Positions 1 to 11,704 of a stretch of DNA of 64,000 nt are shown in pieces. The position numbers and the translations under genes are program-made. This stretch comes from Squalus acanthias (Eukaryota). The stretch covers positions 45,200,001 to 45,264,000 of the forward strand of contig CM059432.1 in assembly GCA_030390025.1 (NCBI GenBank). The letters run 5' to 3'. Position 1 is the stretch's first letter. Each line of letters opens with the position of its first letter. Below the pieces are notes generated by a model. It had not been told where the DNA came from. It saw only the letters and a list, made by a program, of their open reading frames with translations, and made no database searches.

Positions 1-45
1 CCACACAGCAAGTGGTGGAGAGGACAATCGGGGTTCTGAAAATGG
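1..45 (+). pseudogene. Harbinger transposase remnant
   Basis: Translates [12 protein letters not shown], matching [13 protein letters not shown] of the transposase at 10544-11704. Confidence 0.55.
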
Positions 46-175
46 ATTGTGCAAAAGGTGACACCCTACTGTCTCCTGCGCTTTTGCCTTCCCCGTGACT
101 AGAGCCCTCTCATGCCAAGTGAACTTCTGTCCAAGCGGAAGTAAAGAAATGGCAGAGAAATTAAACAAATACTTT

Positions 176-2995
176 GGCCGCGATTTTGTGCCTGGAAGCG
201 GGATGGTGGCTGGTCCACTGGTCGGCGGGTTCTGGACCCACTCCCAGTTCGACCCGCCCTGCAGTTGAAATTTTGCGTTGATTAGCCTCGTTAAGGCCGA
301 TGTGCGGGTTCTTCAAGGCAATCGCTGGGTGCGGGTCAGTTACTCACGTCTGATGAGTCGATGTTGGACTGATTATTTAAAGGGGCCATGTCTCCTCTGC
401 AGATTCATTTCCGTTTTGTTCCCTGAAGTGCTGGCTGCTGAAGGTTTGGCAGCGCAAAAACCTAAGGCTGCTCCCCGCTTTGATCAGGACTCCCTCCTTG
501 CTCTTGTGGAGGGAGTAAGAGAATATAATAAGGTCCTCTTCCCTGGAGACAGAAGGAGGAGGCCTCCTCAGCATACCAAGGCAGCTTGGCTGCAAATTGC
601 TGAGGAGGTCAGATCGAGGTCGGTCTACATACATACCTGGGTGCAGTGTCGCAAGAGGTTTAATGATCTGTTGCGATCAGCAAAAGTGAGTATAATATCA
701 CACTTAACTTCCATATGCCTCCCATCTCTTCTCATCCCCATCACTCTGCATTGGCAACCTTCCCCTGCACATCCCAACTCACTCTAACATCCCTTGCACC
801 CTCACCCATCCCTCTCTTTCTCTGTACAGAATCACGTCACCATCTTACTATGCTCCACTCACACTCTTATGCAATACCAACATCTAACAACGCACAGGGA
901 AGGAACTTGGTTTGTGCACCTCACTCCTTCATAGTCTCCCTCTAAACATCTATCTCATCTATTCTTTACACTCACTCCATCAATGTCTCTCAAACTCCAC
1001 TTGTGTCCCTCATTACAGGAGAAGAGAGCCCACAATAAAAGAGAGAGGGGGAGGACAGGGGGATGACAGGAGGAGGCCCACCATCATTGGCGCACCTAAC
1101 GAGCGCTGAGGAGGCAGCCCTGGAGATTGTCGGAGGTGCAGAGGAGCTGGAAATGGGGGACGGAGAGACGGGCGTAGAAGAGCAAGCTGGTGACAGAATT
1201 GATTTCCAACCTGCTGATTTAGCATTCATGAGTGACTAATGTGGGATATGATGTTCATAGAGATTAAGTGCTAAGCATCTGCACAATGGGATGTGTCTGC
1301 AACATACATTTCACTTGTCTAACTCAGGCCTTTACTCTCCCACAGGACCATCGAGAGCCCCACTCCCCACTGTCCAGAAGGAAGAGCAGGAGCACTCCTC
1401 AGAGGAACCACCAGTCTCTGAGGGAGCAGCATCACCAGCAGTCAGCGCACCCAGCACCAGCGCAGAGACACACACCTCGGTGGGTTTTTTGCGAGATAGA
1501 GTAGTGTTGTCACCTGGTGTATCACAGCTCACAAGTGAGCAGGAGCAGATGTTGGAGACAGGGACAGCAGTGGAGAGTCCTCATCAGAGGACGCAGGGCT
1601 CTCTCAGCTCTGCTCAGCTGCATTTAAATGTTGAGCCTCTGTGGCCATCCAGAAAGAGAGCGGTGCTGGAGCTTCAGGAACAAGTGCAGGAGGCTTTGAG
1701 TGGGTTTGCTTCCATGGTAACTGCGAGTGTGCAGAGAATGGAGGAGTCCATCTTAAACATTAGCAATGCCGGGGTGAACGCTATGGGCAATCTAGGTGCC
1801 GCCATGGGAAGGATGGCAACCTCCATGGAGGACCTAACTAGCCAGACACAAGCCAACATGGTGGCTCTTCTAGATAGATGGGCAGCTATGGAGGATAGAA
1901 GGCCATCTATCGTGGAGATGAACCAGAGGTACATGGATGTCCTGGTTATGAGGACTGTTAGTACAGAGACGGGTCCACATGGCCCCACTGATATGCAGCA
2001 AGGTGCTCTCCAGCAACTTGCTAGCAGTGAAGTGCGGGTGACCCATAAGAGGGACGGTGGTGTTCGAGCACAAGGAAGTGGGAGCTTCTCTCCAAGCGTT
2101 CACACTCCCTTGCCACTGCCGAGCCCTCGGTCAGAGCCCCATCTGCCTGAGCCAACAGAGATGGCTGAGTCTTCCCCTGCACAGCCACAGTGGGAGCAGA
2201 CTTTGGCAGGGCCCTCCAAGGCTCCCAAAACCAGAGGACGGCCGCCAAGGTGTCTAAGCAGGAGCAGCAGGGAAGTGAGCAGGCTGCCTCCACATATGCT
2301 GAAGCCACAGGGGTCTCACAACGTAGAAAGCACGTGTAAGAGGAAGATGTCACGTTAATAATCACAAGGGTTCTCACTTGGGTGTTATGATAGATTTATT
2401 GGTAAAGTTTCTGTTCTTTGCCAATATTGTAATAAATTGATGTAGAACGAAGGTTTGGCATCGTTGCCATCTGTGTGATGTCAATTTGAGGGGGCACAGT
2501 TTAGGGTAAGTGCGCCTTTAAAATCCAGCAATGCAGGTTACAGTGGATCTGTAGTGCACAACACATACTTGCAGCCTAAACACAGAATATGCCCCCCAAA
2601 TCATTCAATCACCAATCTCACAGATTTCTAAATGACCAGATTTGAGAGTGCAGCTTTTACACAGCAGTTGCAGCTGTGAAGTCTCCAGCTCGCTGGTGTT
2701 CACGCCTCACTTACCTGCCGTGTTGTTGGAACGTCGTGAAACCCGACCTAGAAACTGGAAAATCTAAAAACCTTGTGAAAAAAGCTCTGAAGTACCATTT
2801 AATAGGCAGTTAAGCGCCTTTAATCCCTTTCCCGCTGCTTGGTGTCGGGTCCGTTTGCAAATCGGAGACCCAACACTCGGGAAAGATGCGTGGAGGTGGG
2901 ATCACGGCAGGTTCGGAATCCGCCGTCAATCATTGCGAATTTAACCTCTGACCTGCCTCCAATCCCGCCCTCTGAGCGCCGGCAAAATTCCGGCC
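176..2995 (+). mobile_element. Non-autonomous PIF/Harbinger element (Myb gene only) inserted into a CR1
   Basis: TIRs ggccgcgattttg / caaaattccggcc. TTT TSD at 173-175 and 2996-2998. The flanks rejoin into the CR1 ORF2 peptide KEMAEKLNKY-F-VSVFTEEDTKN. Confidence 0.9.
446..2358 (+). pseudogene. Harbinger Myb/SANT-like DNA-binding protein, 3 exons (446-685, 1019-1189, 1346-2358)
   Basis: APRFDQDSLLALVEGV...AWLQIAEEV...QCRKRFNDL. GT-AG introns of phase 0 and 1. Start codon reads TTG; an 11-nt duplication in exon 2 shifts the frame. Confidence 0.85.
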
Positions 2996-4718
2996 TTTGT
3001 GTCTGTCTTCACGGAAGAAGACACAAAAAACTTCCCAGAAATAGTGGAGAACCAAGGGTCTAGCAAGAATGAGGATCTGAAAGAAATTAGTATTAGTAAA
3101 AAAATAGTACTGGAGAAATTAATGCGACTGAAAACCAATAAATCCCCTGGACCTGATGGCCTACATCCTAGAGTTTTGAAAGAGGTGACTATAGAGATAG
3201 TGGATGAATTGGTTGCCATTTTTCAAAATTCCATAGATTCTGGAATGGTTCCCGTGGATTGGAAGGTAGCAAATGTAACCCCACTATTTAAGAAAGGAGG
3301 GAGAGAGAAAACGGGGAACTACAGACCAGTTAGACTGACATCAGTAGCAGGAAAAATGCAAGAATCTATTATTAAGGACGTGGTAACAGGGCACTCAGAA
3401 AATAATAATAGGATTGGGCAGAGTCAACACAGATTTATGAAAGGGAAATCGTGCTTGACAAATCTGTTCGAGTTTTTTGAAGTTGTAACTAGCAGAGTAG
3501 ATAAAGGGGAACCAGTGGATGTGGTGTATTTGGATTTTCAGAAGGCATTCGATAAGGTGCTACACAAGAGGTTATTAAACAAAATTAGGGCTCATGGGAT
3601 TGGGGTAATATACTGGCATGGATTGAGGATTGGTTAATGGACAGAAAACAGAGAGTAGGAATAAACGGGTCATTTTCCGATTGGCAGGCTGCAACTAGTG
3701 GGATATCGCAAGGATCAGTGCTTGGGCCTCAGCTATTCACAATCTACATCAATGATTTGGATGAGGGGACCAAATGTAATATATCCAAGTTTGCTGATGA
3801 TACAAAGCTGGGTGGGAATGTAAGTTGTGAGGAGATGCAAGGAGGCTTCAAGGGGATATAGACAAGCTAAGTAAGTGGGCAAGAACATGGCAAATGGAAT
3901 ATAAAGTGGAGAAATGTGAAGTTATCCACTTTGGTAGGAAAAATAGAAAAGCAGAGTATTTTTTAAATGGTGAGAGATTGGGAAATGTTGGTGTTCAGAG
4001 GGACCTGGGTGTCCTTGTACACAAATCACTGAAAGTTACCATGTAGGTAATGCAAGCAATTAGGAAAGCAAATGGTATGTTGGCCTTTATTACAAGAGGA
4101 TTTGAGTATAAGAGTAAAGACGTCTTACTGCAATTATATAAGGCCCTGGTGAGACGACACCTGGAGTATAGTGTGCAGTTTTGGTCTCCTACCTAAGGAA
4201 GGATATACTTGCCATAGAGGGAGTGCAACGAAGGTTCACCAGACTGGTTCCAAGGATTGGGGGATTGTCCTATGAGGAGAGATTGAGTAGACTAGGCCTA
4301 TATTCGCTAGAGTTTAGAAGAATGAGAGGTGATCTCATTGAAACATACAAAGTTTTTACAGGGTTGACAGGGTAGATGCAGGGAGAATGTTTCCCCTGGC
4401 TGGGGAGTATATAACAAGGGGTCACAGTCTCAGAATAAGGGGACAGCCATTTAGGACTGAGATGAGAAATTTCTTCACTCAGAGGGTGGTGAATCTTTGG
4501 AATTCTCTACCCCAGAGGGCTGTGGAGGCTAAGTTGTTGAGTATATTCAAGACAGAGATCGATAGATTTTTGAATATTAAGGGAATGGGGATATGGGGAT
4601 AGTGCAGGAAAGTGGAGTTGAGGTATAAGATCAGCCATGATCTTATTTAATGGTGGAGCAGGCTCGAAGGGCCGAATGGCCTACTCCTGCTCCTATTTCT
4701 TATGTTCTATGTTCTTAT
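2996..4718 (+). mobile_element. CR1 LINE, 5'-truncated and frameshifted ORF2 (5' piece at ~140-175)
   Basis: KSPGPDGLHP, NYRPV, LDFQKAFDKV, QGSVLGP and FADD motifs; 3' tail of TTCTTATG-like repeats. Confidence 0.95.
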
Positions 4719-4835
4719 TTATCCTTTGTGTGGCGCTCTGGACTTCGCAGTCCCAATAAGCCCCAGGCGATTCGCCTCAACCTCATTCAGGAGTGTGCCA
4801 ATATCATCGTCATTAAAATTCTGAGCTCTCTTCAT
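4719..4835 (-). pseudogene. Myb/SANT-like domain N-terminal remnant
   Basis: KRAQNFNDDDIGTLLNEVEANR resembles RAQRFTERALDALVGAVERRR at 8359. Confidence 0.4.
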
Positions 4836-5085
4836 CATCACAACTATCTTTGCTCCTTCCTTTTCACTTTGTTGATTCATTAAAATTATTGAAAATTCTT
4901 TCAAGGTTTTAAAACTCAATGGGGGAGAAATTGCGCATCGCCCCGTTTGGGGATGGTAACATCCAGGAGTGCTGCAAACACTGACAATTACTGCACAGAG
5001 GTGCACAGCTGCACCCAGGCTCTCCCATGACTCCCTGAAGGGAGTCACAGCACGCAGGGAGGTTCTCTTCCCTTCCCATGGGCAA

Positions 5086-6840
5086 ATGTCAGAAGTCGCA
5101 CAACACCAGGTTATAGTCCAACAGCTTTATTTGAAATCACAAGCTTTCGGAGTGCTGCTCCTTCGTCAGTGAAGTGAAGTGAAGAGATGCATATAGTCAC
5201 AGCATATATAGTCAGAGAACACTGCCAGATGATTACATCCAACTGCCCTTTATCACACCTCGGCAGAGAGATAATCACGGCAATCAAAGGTGTGGATGGT
5301 GTCCAAACAGGTCAGTCAGGAAGACATTACATCAAAGACAATGAGGTGGGGTCACAAGGGGTCAAATGTGGCAGATGCTGGAGTCTGTATGGAAAACAAA
5401 AAACTTTTTTTGCTGGAAATCACAGCAGGTCTGGCCGCATCTGTGTAGAGAGAACAAGCCAACGACGACTCGTGTCTGGATGACTCTACGTCAGGTGGGG
5501 TTACATGTAGCGTGACATGAACCCAAGATCCCGGTTGAGGCCGTCCTCATGGGTGCGGAACTTGGCTATCAGTTTCTGCTCGATGATTTTGCGTTGTCGT
5601 GTGTCTCGAAGGCCGCCTTGGAGAACGCTTACCCGAAGATCGGAGGCTGAATGTCCTTGACTGCTGAAGTGTTCCCCGACTGGGAGGGAACACTCCTGCC
5701 TGGCGATTGTTGCGCGGTATCCGTTCATACGTTGGCGCAGTGTCTGCATGGTCTCGCCGATGTACCATGCTCCGGGGCATCCTTTCCTGCAACGTACGAG
5801 GTAGACAACGTTGGCCGAGTACCATGTACTTGGTGGGTGGTGTCCTCACGTGTGATGATGGTATCTGTGTTGATGATCTGGCATGTCTTGCAGAGGTTGC
5901 CGTGGCAGGGTTGTGTGGTGTCGTGGTCGCTGTTCTCCTGAAAGCTGGGTAATCTGCTGCGAACGATGGTCTGTTTGAGGTTAGGCGGCTGTTTGAAGGT
6001 GAGTAGTGGGGGCGTGGGGATGGCCTTAGCGAGGTGTTCGTCATCATCAATGACATGTTGAAGGCTGCGAAGAACATGGCGTAGTTTCTCCGCTCTGGGG
6101 AAGTACTGGACGACGTAGGGTACTCTGTTGGTTGTGTCCCGTGTTTGTCTTCAGAGGAGGTCTATGCGATTTTTTGCTGTGGCCCGTCGGAACTGTCGAT
6201 CGACGAGTCGAGCATCATATCCCGTTCTTACGAGGGTGTCTTTCAGTGTCTGTAGGTGTCCATCGCGTTCCTCCTCGTCTGAGCAGATCCTGTATATTCG
6301 CAGGGCTTGTCCATAGGGGATGGCTTCTTTACCGTGGTTAGGGTGGAAGCTGGAGAAGTGGAGCATCGTGAAGTTGTCCGTGGGCTTGCAGTAGAGTGAA
6401 GTGCTGAGGTGTCCGTCTTTGATGGAGATTCGTGTGTCCAAGAATGAAACCGATTCTGAGGAGTAGTCCATGGTGAGTTTGATGGTGGGATGGAACTTGT
6501 TGATGTTATCGTGTAGTCTTTTCAGTGATTCTTCGCCGTGGGTCCATAGGAAGAAAATGTCGTCGATGTATCTGGTGTATAGCGTTGGTTGGAGGTCCTG
6601 TGCAGCGAAGAAGTCTTGCTCGAACTTGTGCATGAAGATGTTGGCGTCTTGGGGTGCGAATTTGGTCCCCATGGCTGTTCCGTGTGTTTGGCTAAAAAAC
6701 TGGTTGTCGCAGGTGAAGACATTGTGGTCAAGGATGAAACGGATGAGTTGTAGGATGGCGTCTGGAGATTGGCTGTTGTTGGTGTTGAGTACTGAGGTTG
6801 TCGCAGCGATGACATCATCGTGGGGGATACTGGTGGAGAG
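5086..6840 (-). mobile_element. Penelope-like retroelement, 5'-truncated (RT + GIY-YIG endonuclease)
   Basis: MGTKFAPQDANIFM, RYIDD and FLD RT motifs; YIGETMQTLRQRMNGYR GIY-YIG region; 3' hammerhead module at 5091-5170. Confidence 0.93.
5137..5173 (-). ncRNA. Minimal type I hammerhead ribozyme motif (family 1), stem I imperfect
   Basis: CTGACGA-A-GGAG-cagca-CTCC-GAAA-GC-TT-GTGA on the minus strand; apparently one C missing upstream of CUGA. Confidence 0.65.
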
Positions 6841-8358
6841 TGTGGAAGAGATCGCCCCAGGAGATCAACGCAGTCTGGTTGCACATTGCACAGGAGGGCA
6901 CAAGCAAGGATGTCGTCAGGAGGATCAGGCTGCAGTGGCACAAACCTTTCAATGATCTCAGTAGATCATGAAACATTACTGCAAAGCCACACTCAACCTC
7001 ATCCTGCTGTGCCACCCATCACATCCCCATCACTCTGCCTTCCCTACCCTACTCCTGCACATCCTTACACCAACTTAACTTGCACCTCCACTCATCCCTC
7101 TCTATCTACATTATCACATCCCCATCTCACCAGCCACCCCTCACACTCACCCTCATCCTAGTCCAATCATATCAAGTAACAACACACAAGGGTAGGCACT
7201 TGGGTGTTTTAGCCAATGTTACGTGAATTTTCTGTTAATGTGGTGTCAAACATTGAAATCTTTATTTCCAACACTTTGCGTTCTTGGACAGATTTGTGTG
7301 CACCTTTGGAAGTGGCTTAGTGAGTTGCCGTGAATGGTGAGACATAACAGTACCACCCGCAATGGTGATGAGTGTTAAAGAAATGGTTTGGGCATTGTAG
7401 GGATGCTTTATGAAGTTGGTGTGGGGTGATGCCAACCTGGCGCATCATGTGGCAGCCAGGGTGTACAGCGTAAAGTGAAGTAAATCTGAAGATGGTGAGG
7501 CCATCCCTGGCCTCCCGGCCAGCCATATGGCCAGATGCTGATGCCCTGTGTCCTGTGCAGCATCAGTTGATTGCGGAGAAGGTTGGTGTTGTTGTTAGTG
7601 CTGCTGGTGTGCCTGTGCTGCTGGTGTTGGGGCTGATCGTGGTGGGATTCTGAGGACCAATGTGAGAGGGTAAAAAGGGCACCCACACAGATGGAATAGA
7701 TGGCAGGTGAAGTTCAGATGACAGAAACGATCTGTTAATGGTGAGAGAGGTTGTTCCAATGAGGTGACACTGGATACAGAGGTTGCTCCAAATACTTGCA
7801 AGCTGCATAAAGCTCAATCTGTTTTCCAAATGCAGTAAGAAACAGCTTCTGACCTTGGAAAGTGAACAGCTATGAAATGGGAGCTTTTATAGCACATTTT
7901 CAGCTGTCAAGTTAAGAAATTATATCATGGTGACACAACTCGCGACCTACTTACCTGAAGTGATCCCCGAGCAGTGGGGAACCTGTGGCTGAACTCTTAG
8001 GGGGAAAAATTAGGTCGCGCCCCATTTGGGGCGCAAATATCGTCTGGACGCAAAAATTAGCGCCTGGCGCTAATTATCGCCACTGACTGGAAACTTCACT
8101 TTTACCGCCCCGGGAGGTGAGTGGAGCGCTAAATCAGGCGCTGCACACCTGTCTTAAGGCGCAAAGGCCGAGCAGTGAGGCGCTAACTCAGCACGCGAGC
8201 GCAGCGCAGGTGCTGCCAGTTAGCGAGGGAACACAGACACACTGGCACCGGCCAGTTCTTAAAGCAGGGGGGGCCAACTTGCTCCCCAGCCACACCCTGC
8301 TCATTGCAGCCTTGAATCTCGGCCTGGAGAGACCTGTGAATCCATTTTGCTGCCAAGG

Positions 8359-10231
8359 ATGGAGAGGGTGAGAGAACGAGCTCAGCGCTTCACCGAGCGG
8401 GCCTTGGATGCTCTGGTTGGCGCGGTGGAGCGCAGAAGATGTATACTCTTCCCTGAGAGTGGCAGGAGGCCTTTGCCACGCGAGTACAGAAGAGTGTGGA
8501 GGGAGGTGGCTCAGAGCGTCTCCTCCAGGAGCATGGTGCCCAGGACCCATGTTCAATGTCGCAAAAAGTTCAACGACCTCACTCGGGTCGTCAGGGTGAG
8601 TGGCTTTTTCTCAATACCTCTCCATCCCTCCATCTCAACCTCACTCTATGGCCAGAGGGTCTTAAAACCCCAATGCACAACACTCATCCAACACCTATGG
8701 CCCTTTCATGAAAGACACACACACATTCCATACTTTGCATACAGTAAGGGCTATTCACCTATGGGAGGCACATCAGGCAAGACCATGGCTGCATACAGTA
8801 AGGGCTATTCACCTATGGGAGGCACATCAGGCAAGACCATGGCTGCATACAGTAAGGGCTATTCACCTATGGGAGGCACATCAGGCAAGACCATGGCTGT
8901 ATATTTACTCAGATGCTGTCCTTTTACTTGCAGGCCAAGCTGGCGCATAATAGGAGACAGCAGCAACGGACAGGTGGAGGGCGGCCTCAGCTGCAACCCC
9001 TCAGCGATCTTGAGGAGCGCGTCCACAGGATTGTGGCAAGCTGGGTGATCGGTCCTGTCGCCACTGGAGACGCCGACCCCGTTCTGGACAGCAATGGTAA
9101 GGTCATCACCTTTTTGTCCTCTGTCCTTCCACTTGTCCTCACAACACCAGCCTTTGACACTTTCAATCCAACTTGCTAACTCGCTGCACTTATTCCTCCC
9201 TTACTGCCACCCTGTCCTCACGCTAAAGCCACTCTTGTACCTCCCTGCTTTCAGATGGTGATTCACCAGCTGAGGAGACGGGCCCTGAAGCTGCCAGTGG
9301 GAGTGAAGCTGCAGCCGAGGAGGAAGAGGAAGCCGGAGCATCAGTGCCACCCTCTCCCGAGGAAGCCCATGCCCACACTGGGAACACGCCTTCCCTGGAG
9401 GGGAGCAGGGGGGAAGGGTCTGGTGAGGGTGAAGCTCCAGGACCCAGCAGGCTGCAGCAACGCCATGGGGGTAGGGAAGAACGGGGGCCTTCTCCCCAGA
9501 GGGAGAGTATGCCAGCGACTCCTACTGCAATGGACGCAGAGGAGGAGCGGCTGATCGCAGAAATGAACACCCAGGCGGTGGGCATGCACACTGAGCTCAT
9601 GGGTGCAGTGGGAAGGGTGCCCGAATGCATTGAGTCACTGGCAAGGAGTGTGGAGCACTTCGATGTAGCACAGGCGGATGCCACACTAACGCTTAGTGCT
9701 GCAATTCAGTCACTGACTGCCGTGATCCCATCTCTGACTGCTCTCATGCAGACTCAGATTGAGGCCACGCGAGCACTGACTGCTGCCAACCTCGATGGTT
9801 CGTTCACATGTCCCCGGGGCTCTCACCGCGCCGCAGCAGGCCAGCAATCTGTGCTCCAGCAGATTGCTCCGGATGCTGAAGTGCTGCCCCGTAGGAGTGC
9901 CAGTGTGTCGGGCGAGCAGGGAGTTGCTGTCCTCTCTCACGATGACAGCATTCCTGCTGCCAACACTGTCACTTCTCCACTGCACTTGCCACCGCCTGTA
10001 GGACAGACTGCTGCCGCCCATGCAGAGTTGGTGCAGTCTGCAGCCGGGCCCTCCAGGCCCAGAACTGGTCGAGGCCGTCCTTCAGGGGCATCTGCAGTGT
10101 CAGAGTCTGACAATCTGCAGCCTTCCACCAGCCTTGCTGCAGCCACTGAGGTCCCATTACGGAGGAGCAGTAGGGTTAGAAGGGGGGAAGTGCGCAAGGG
10201 AAGGAGATCACCCTCGAAGGGCAAAAAGTAG
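8359..10231 (+). CDS. Harbinger Myb/SANT-like protein; exons 8359-8595, 8934-9096, 9255-10231 (458 aa spliced)
   Basis: AGG|GTGAGT, cag|GCC, G|GTAAGG and tcag|AT junctions keep one open frame. Myb domain, HNRRQQQRTGGG motif, helical middle region, basic C-terminus. Confidence 0.88.
8737..8899 (+). repeat. Three perfect 54-bp tandem repeats in Myb intron 1
   Basis: gcatacagtaagggctattcacctatgggaggcacatcaggcaagaccatggct starting at 8737, 8791 and 8845. Confidence 0.95.
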
Positions 10232-10543
10232 GAGGTGTGACAAAATGCTGGTCATTTTTTTATTAAAGGCCGAGGTTCGTGGTCCAACTTTTGTCTAGTG
10301 TTTTGGACATTATCTCCATGTTGTGAGAACCAGTTATGTTAATGACTGTTTTTTTGTGTTTATTTCTATGAGTTTGTCATGAGGAAATGACACACACAGA
10401 GTTTGTAAAATAAATAAGTTTTTGTATTCAAAATATACATGTTTGGTGTTTGGAATCATTGGTGCCTTGGCCGGCTTAGGGGTTGCGTGCTGGGTTCATT
10501 GATGTTGTTAGCAATGGCAGAAGCCATTTCCACAGCAGGGGCC

Positions 10544-11704
10544 CTAGAAGCGGCTTGCTATCAGCCGTTGACGGACGGCCCTTGCAGTTTCACCATTGTG
10601 GGCCACCCTCCTGCCTTGGTGCTGCTGATGATCATCCTCCTCGTCCTCTTCCTCCTCTTCCTCCTCCTCCTCTGGTGGTGCTCCAAGGCCTGGTGGCATT
10701 GGCTGGGTCCTGACGATTGCCATGTTATGCAACATGCAGCACACAACTACGAAGTTGGATACTCGCTCAGGCGAGTACTGCAGGGCTCCTCCAGAATGGT
10801 CGAGACAGCGGAACCGTTGCTTCAGCACGCCGATTGTGCGCTCAATGATGTTCCTGGTAGCTTGATGGCTCTCGTTGTACCGCAGCTCAGCAGGGGTGTT
10901 GGGCGTACGGAGCGGTGTCATCAGCCAGGTGCTCAATGGATACCCCTTGTCCCCGAGAAGCCAACCAACTGGCTGATGCGGTGCCTCGAAAAGTTCTGCC
11001 ACAGTAGTCTGGCGCAGGATGAAAGCATCGTGGCAGCTGCCAGGATAGTGGGCATTGACAGTGAGTATCAGCTGTCTGTGGTCACAGACCAACTGAACAT
11101 TCAAGGAATGGAACCCCTTTCTGTTCCGGAATTCCTCGGCATTCTCATGTGGAGCACGCAAAGCCACATGCGTGCAGTCAATGGCGCCCTGCACCATGGG
11201 GAAGCCCGCTATCCTCGCAAAGCCCAGAGCGCGGTCACGCTGCTTGTCTGGGGTCATGGGGAAAGAGATGAACTCTCATCTCCTTTTAAAGAGGGCATTT
11301 GTGACCTGCCGGATGCAGCAATGCACCGCGAACTGGGAGATATTGGCGAGGTCCCCAGCAGCAGCTTGAAATGAGCCAGTAGCATAGAAGTTGAGAGCCA
11401 CTGTGACCTTCACTGCCACCGACAGAGACGTCCTGGACCTCAGTTGAGGCTGCAGATCTGGCTGCAGCAGGTGGCAGAGCTCAGTGACCACCTCCTTGCT
11501 GAATCGCAGCCTTTGCAAACACAGCTCCTCAGACAAATGAATGTAGGAGAGCTGTTCACGATATACCCTGGGAGGGTAAGCTCTCCTGTACATACGCCTG
11601 TTGGCCCTCCTCCGTCTGGCCATCATTGCCACTCTCTCTCTGCGTCTCTGTGTCCTCCGATTCAGCTGGTGCAGGACGACGCCACCATTCAGTGCAGCCC
11701 CCAT
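10544..11704 (-). pseudogene. HARBI1-type DDE transposase, 386 codons with one in-frame TGA (11278-11276)
   Basis: [52 protein letters not shown]. ORFs 11276-11773 and 10544-11257 are in the same frame. Confidence 0.93.

Noticed and set aside
8737..8899. CRISPR-like array
   Set aside because: Head-to-tail repeats with no spacers, in eukaryotic intronic context.
11276..11278. Programmed readthrough or selenocysteine TGA
   Set aside because: The related copy has Arg here; CpG deamination is the simpler explanation.
10439..11374. 311-aa + strand ORF and similar antisense ORFs (e.g. 37403-37993, 12253-12939)
   Set aside because: Shadows of real opposite-strand TE genes with no motifs of their own.
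8359..11704. Domesticated host genes HARBI1 / NAIF1 / MSANTD
   Set aside because: They are bounded by TIRs and a TSD, are multi-copy in the window and mostly decayed, so they are transposon genes.
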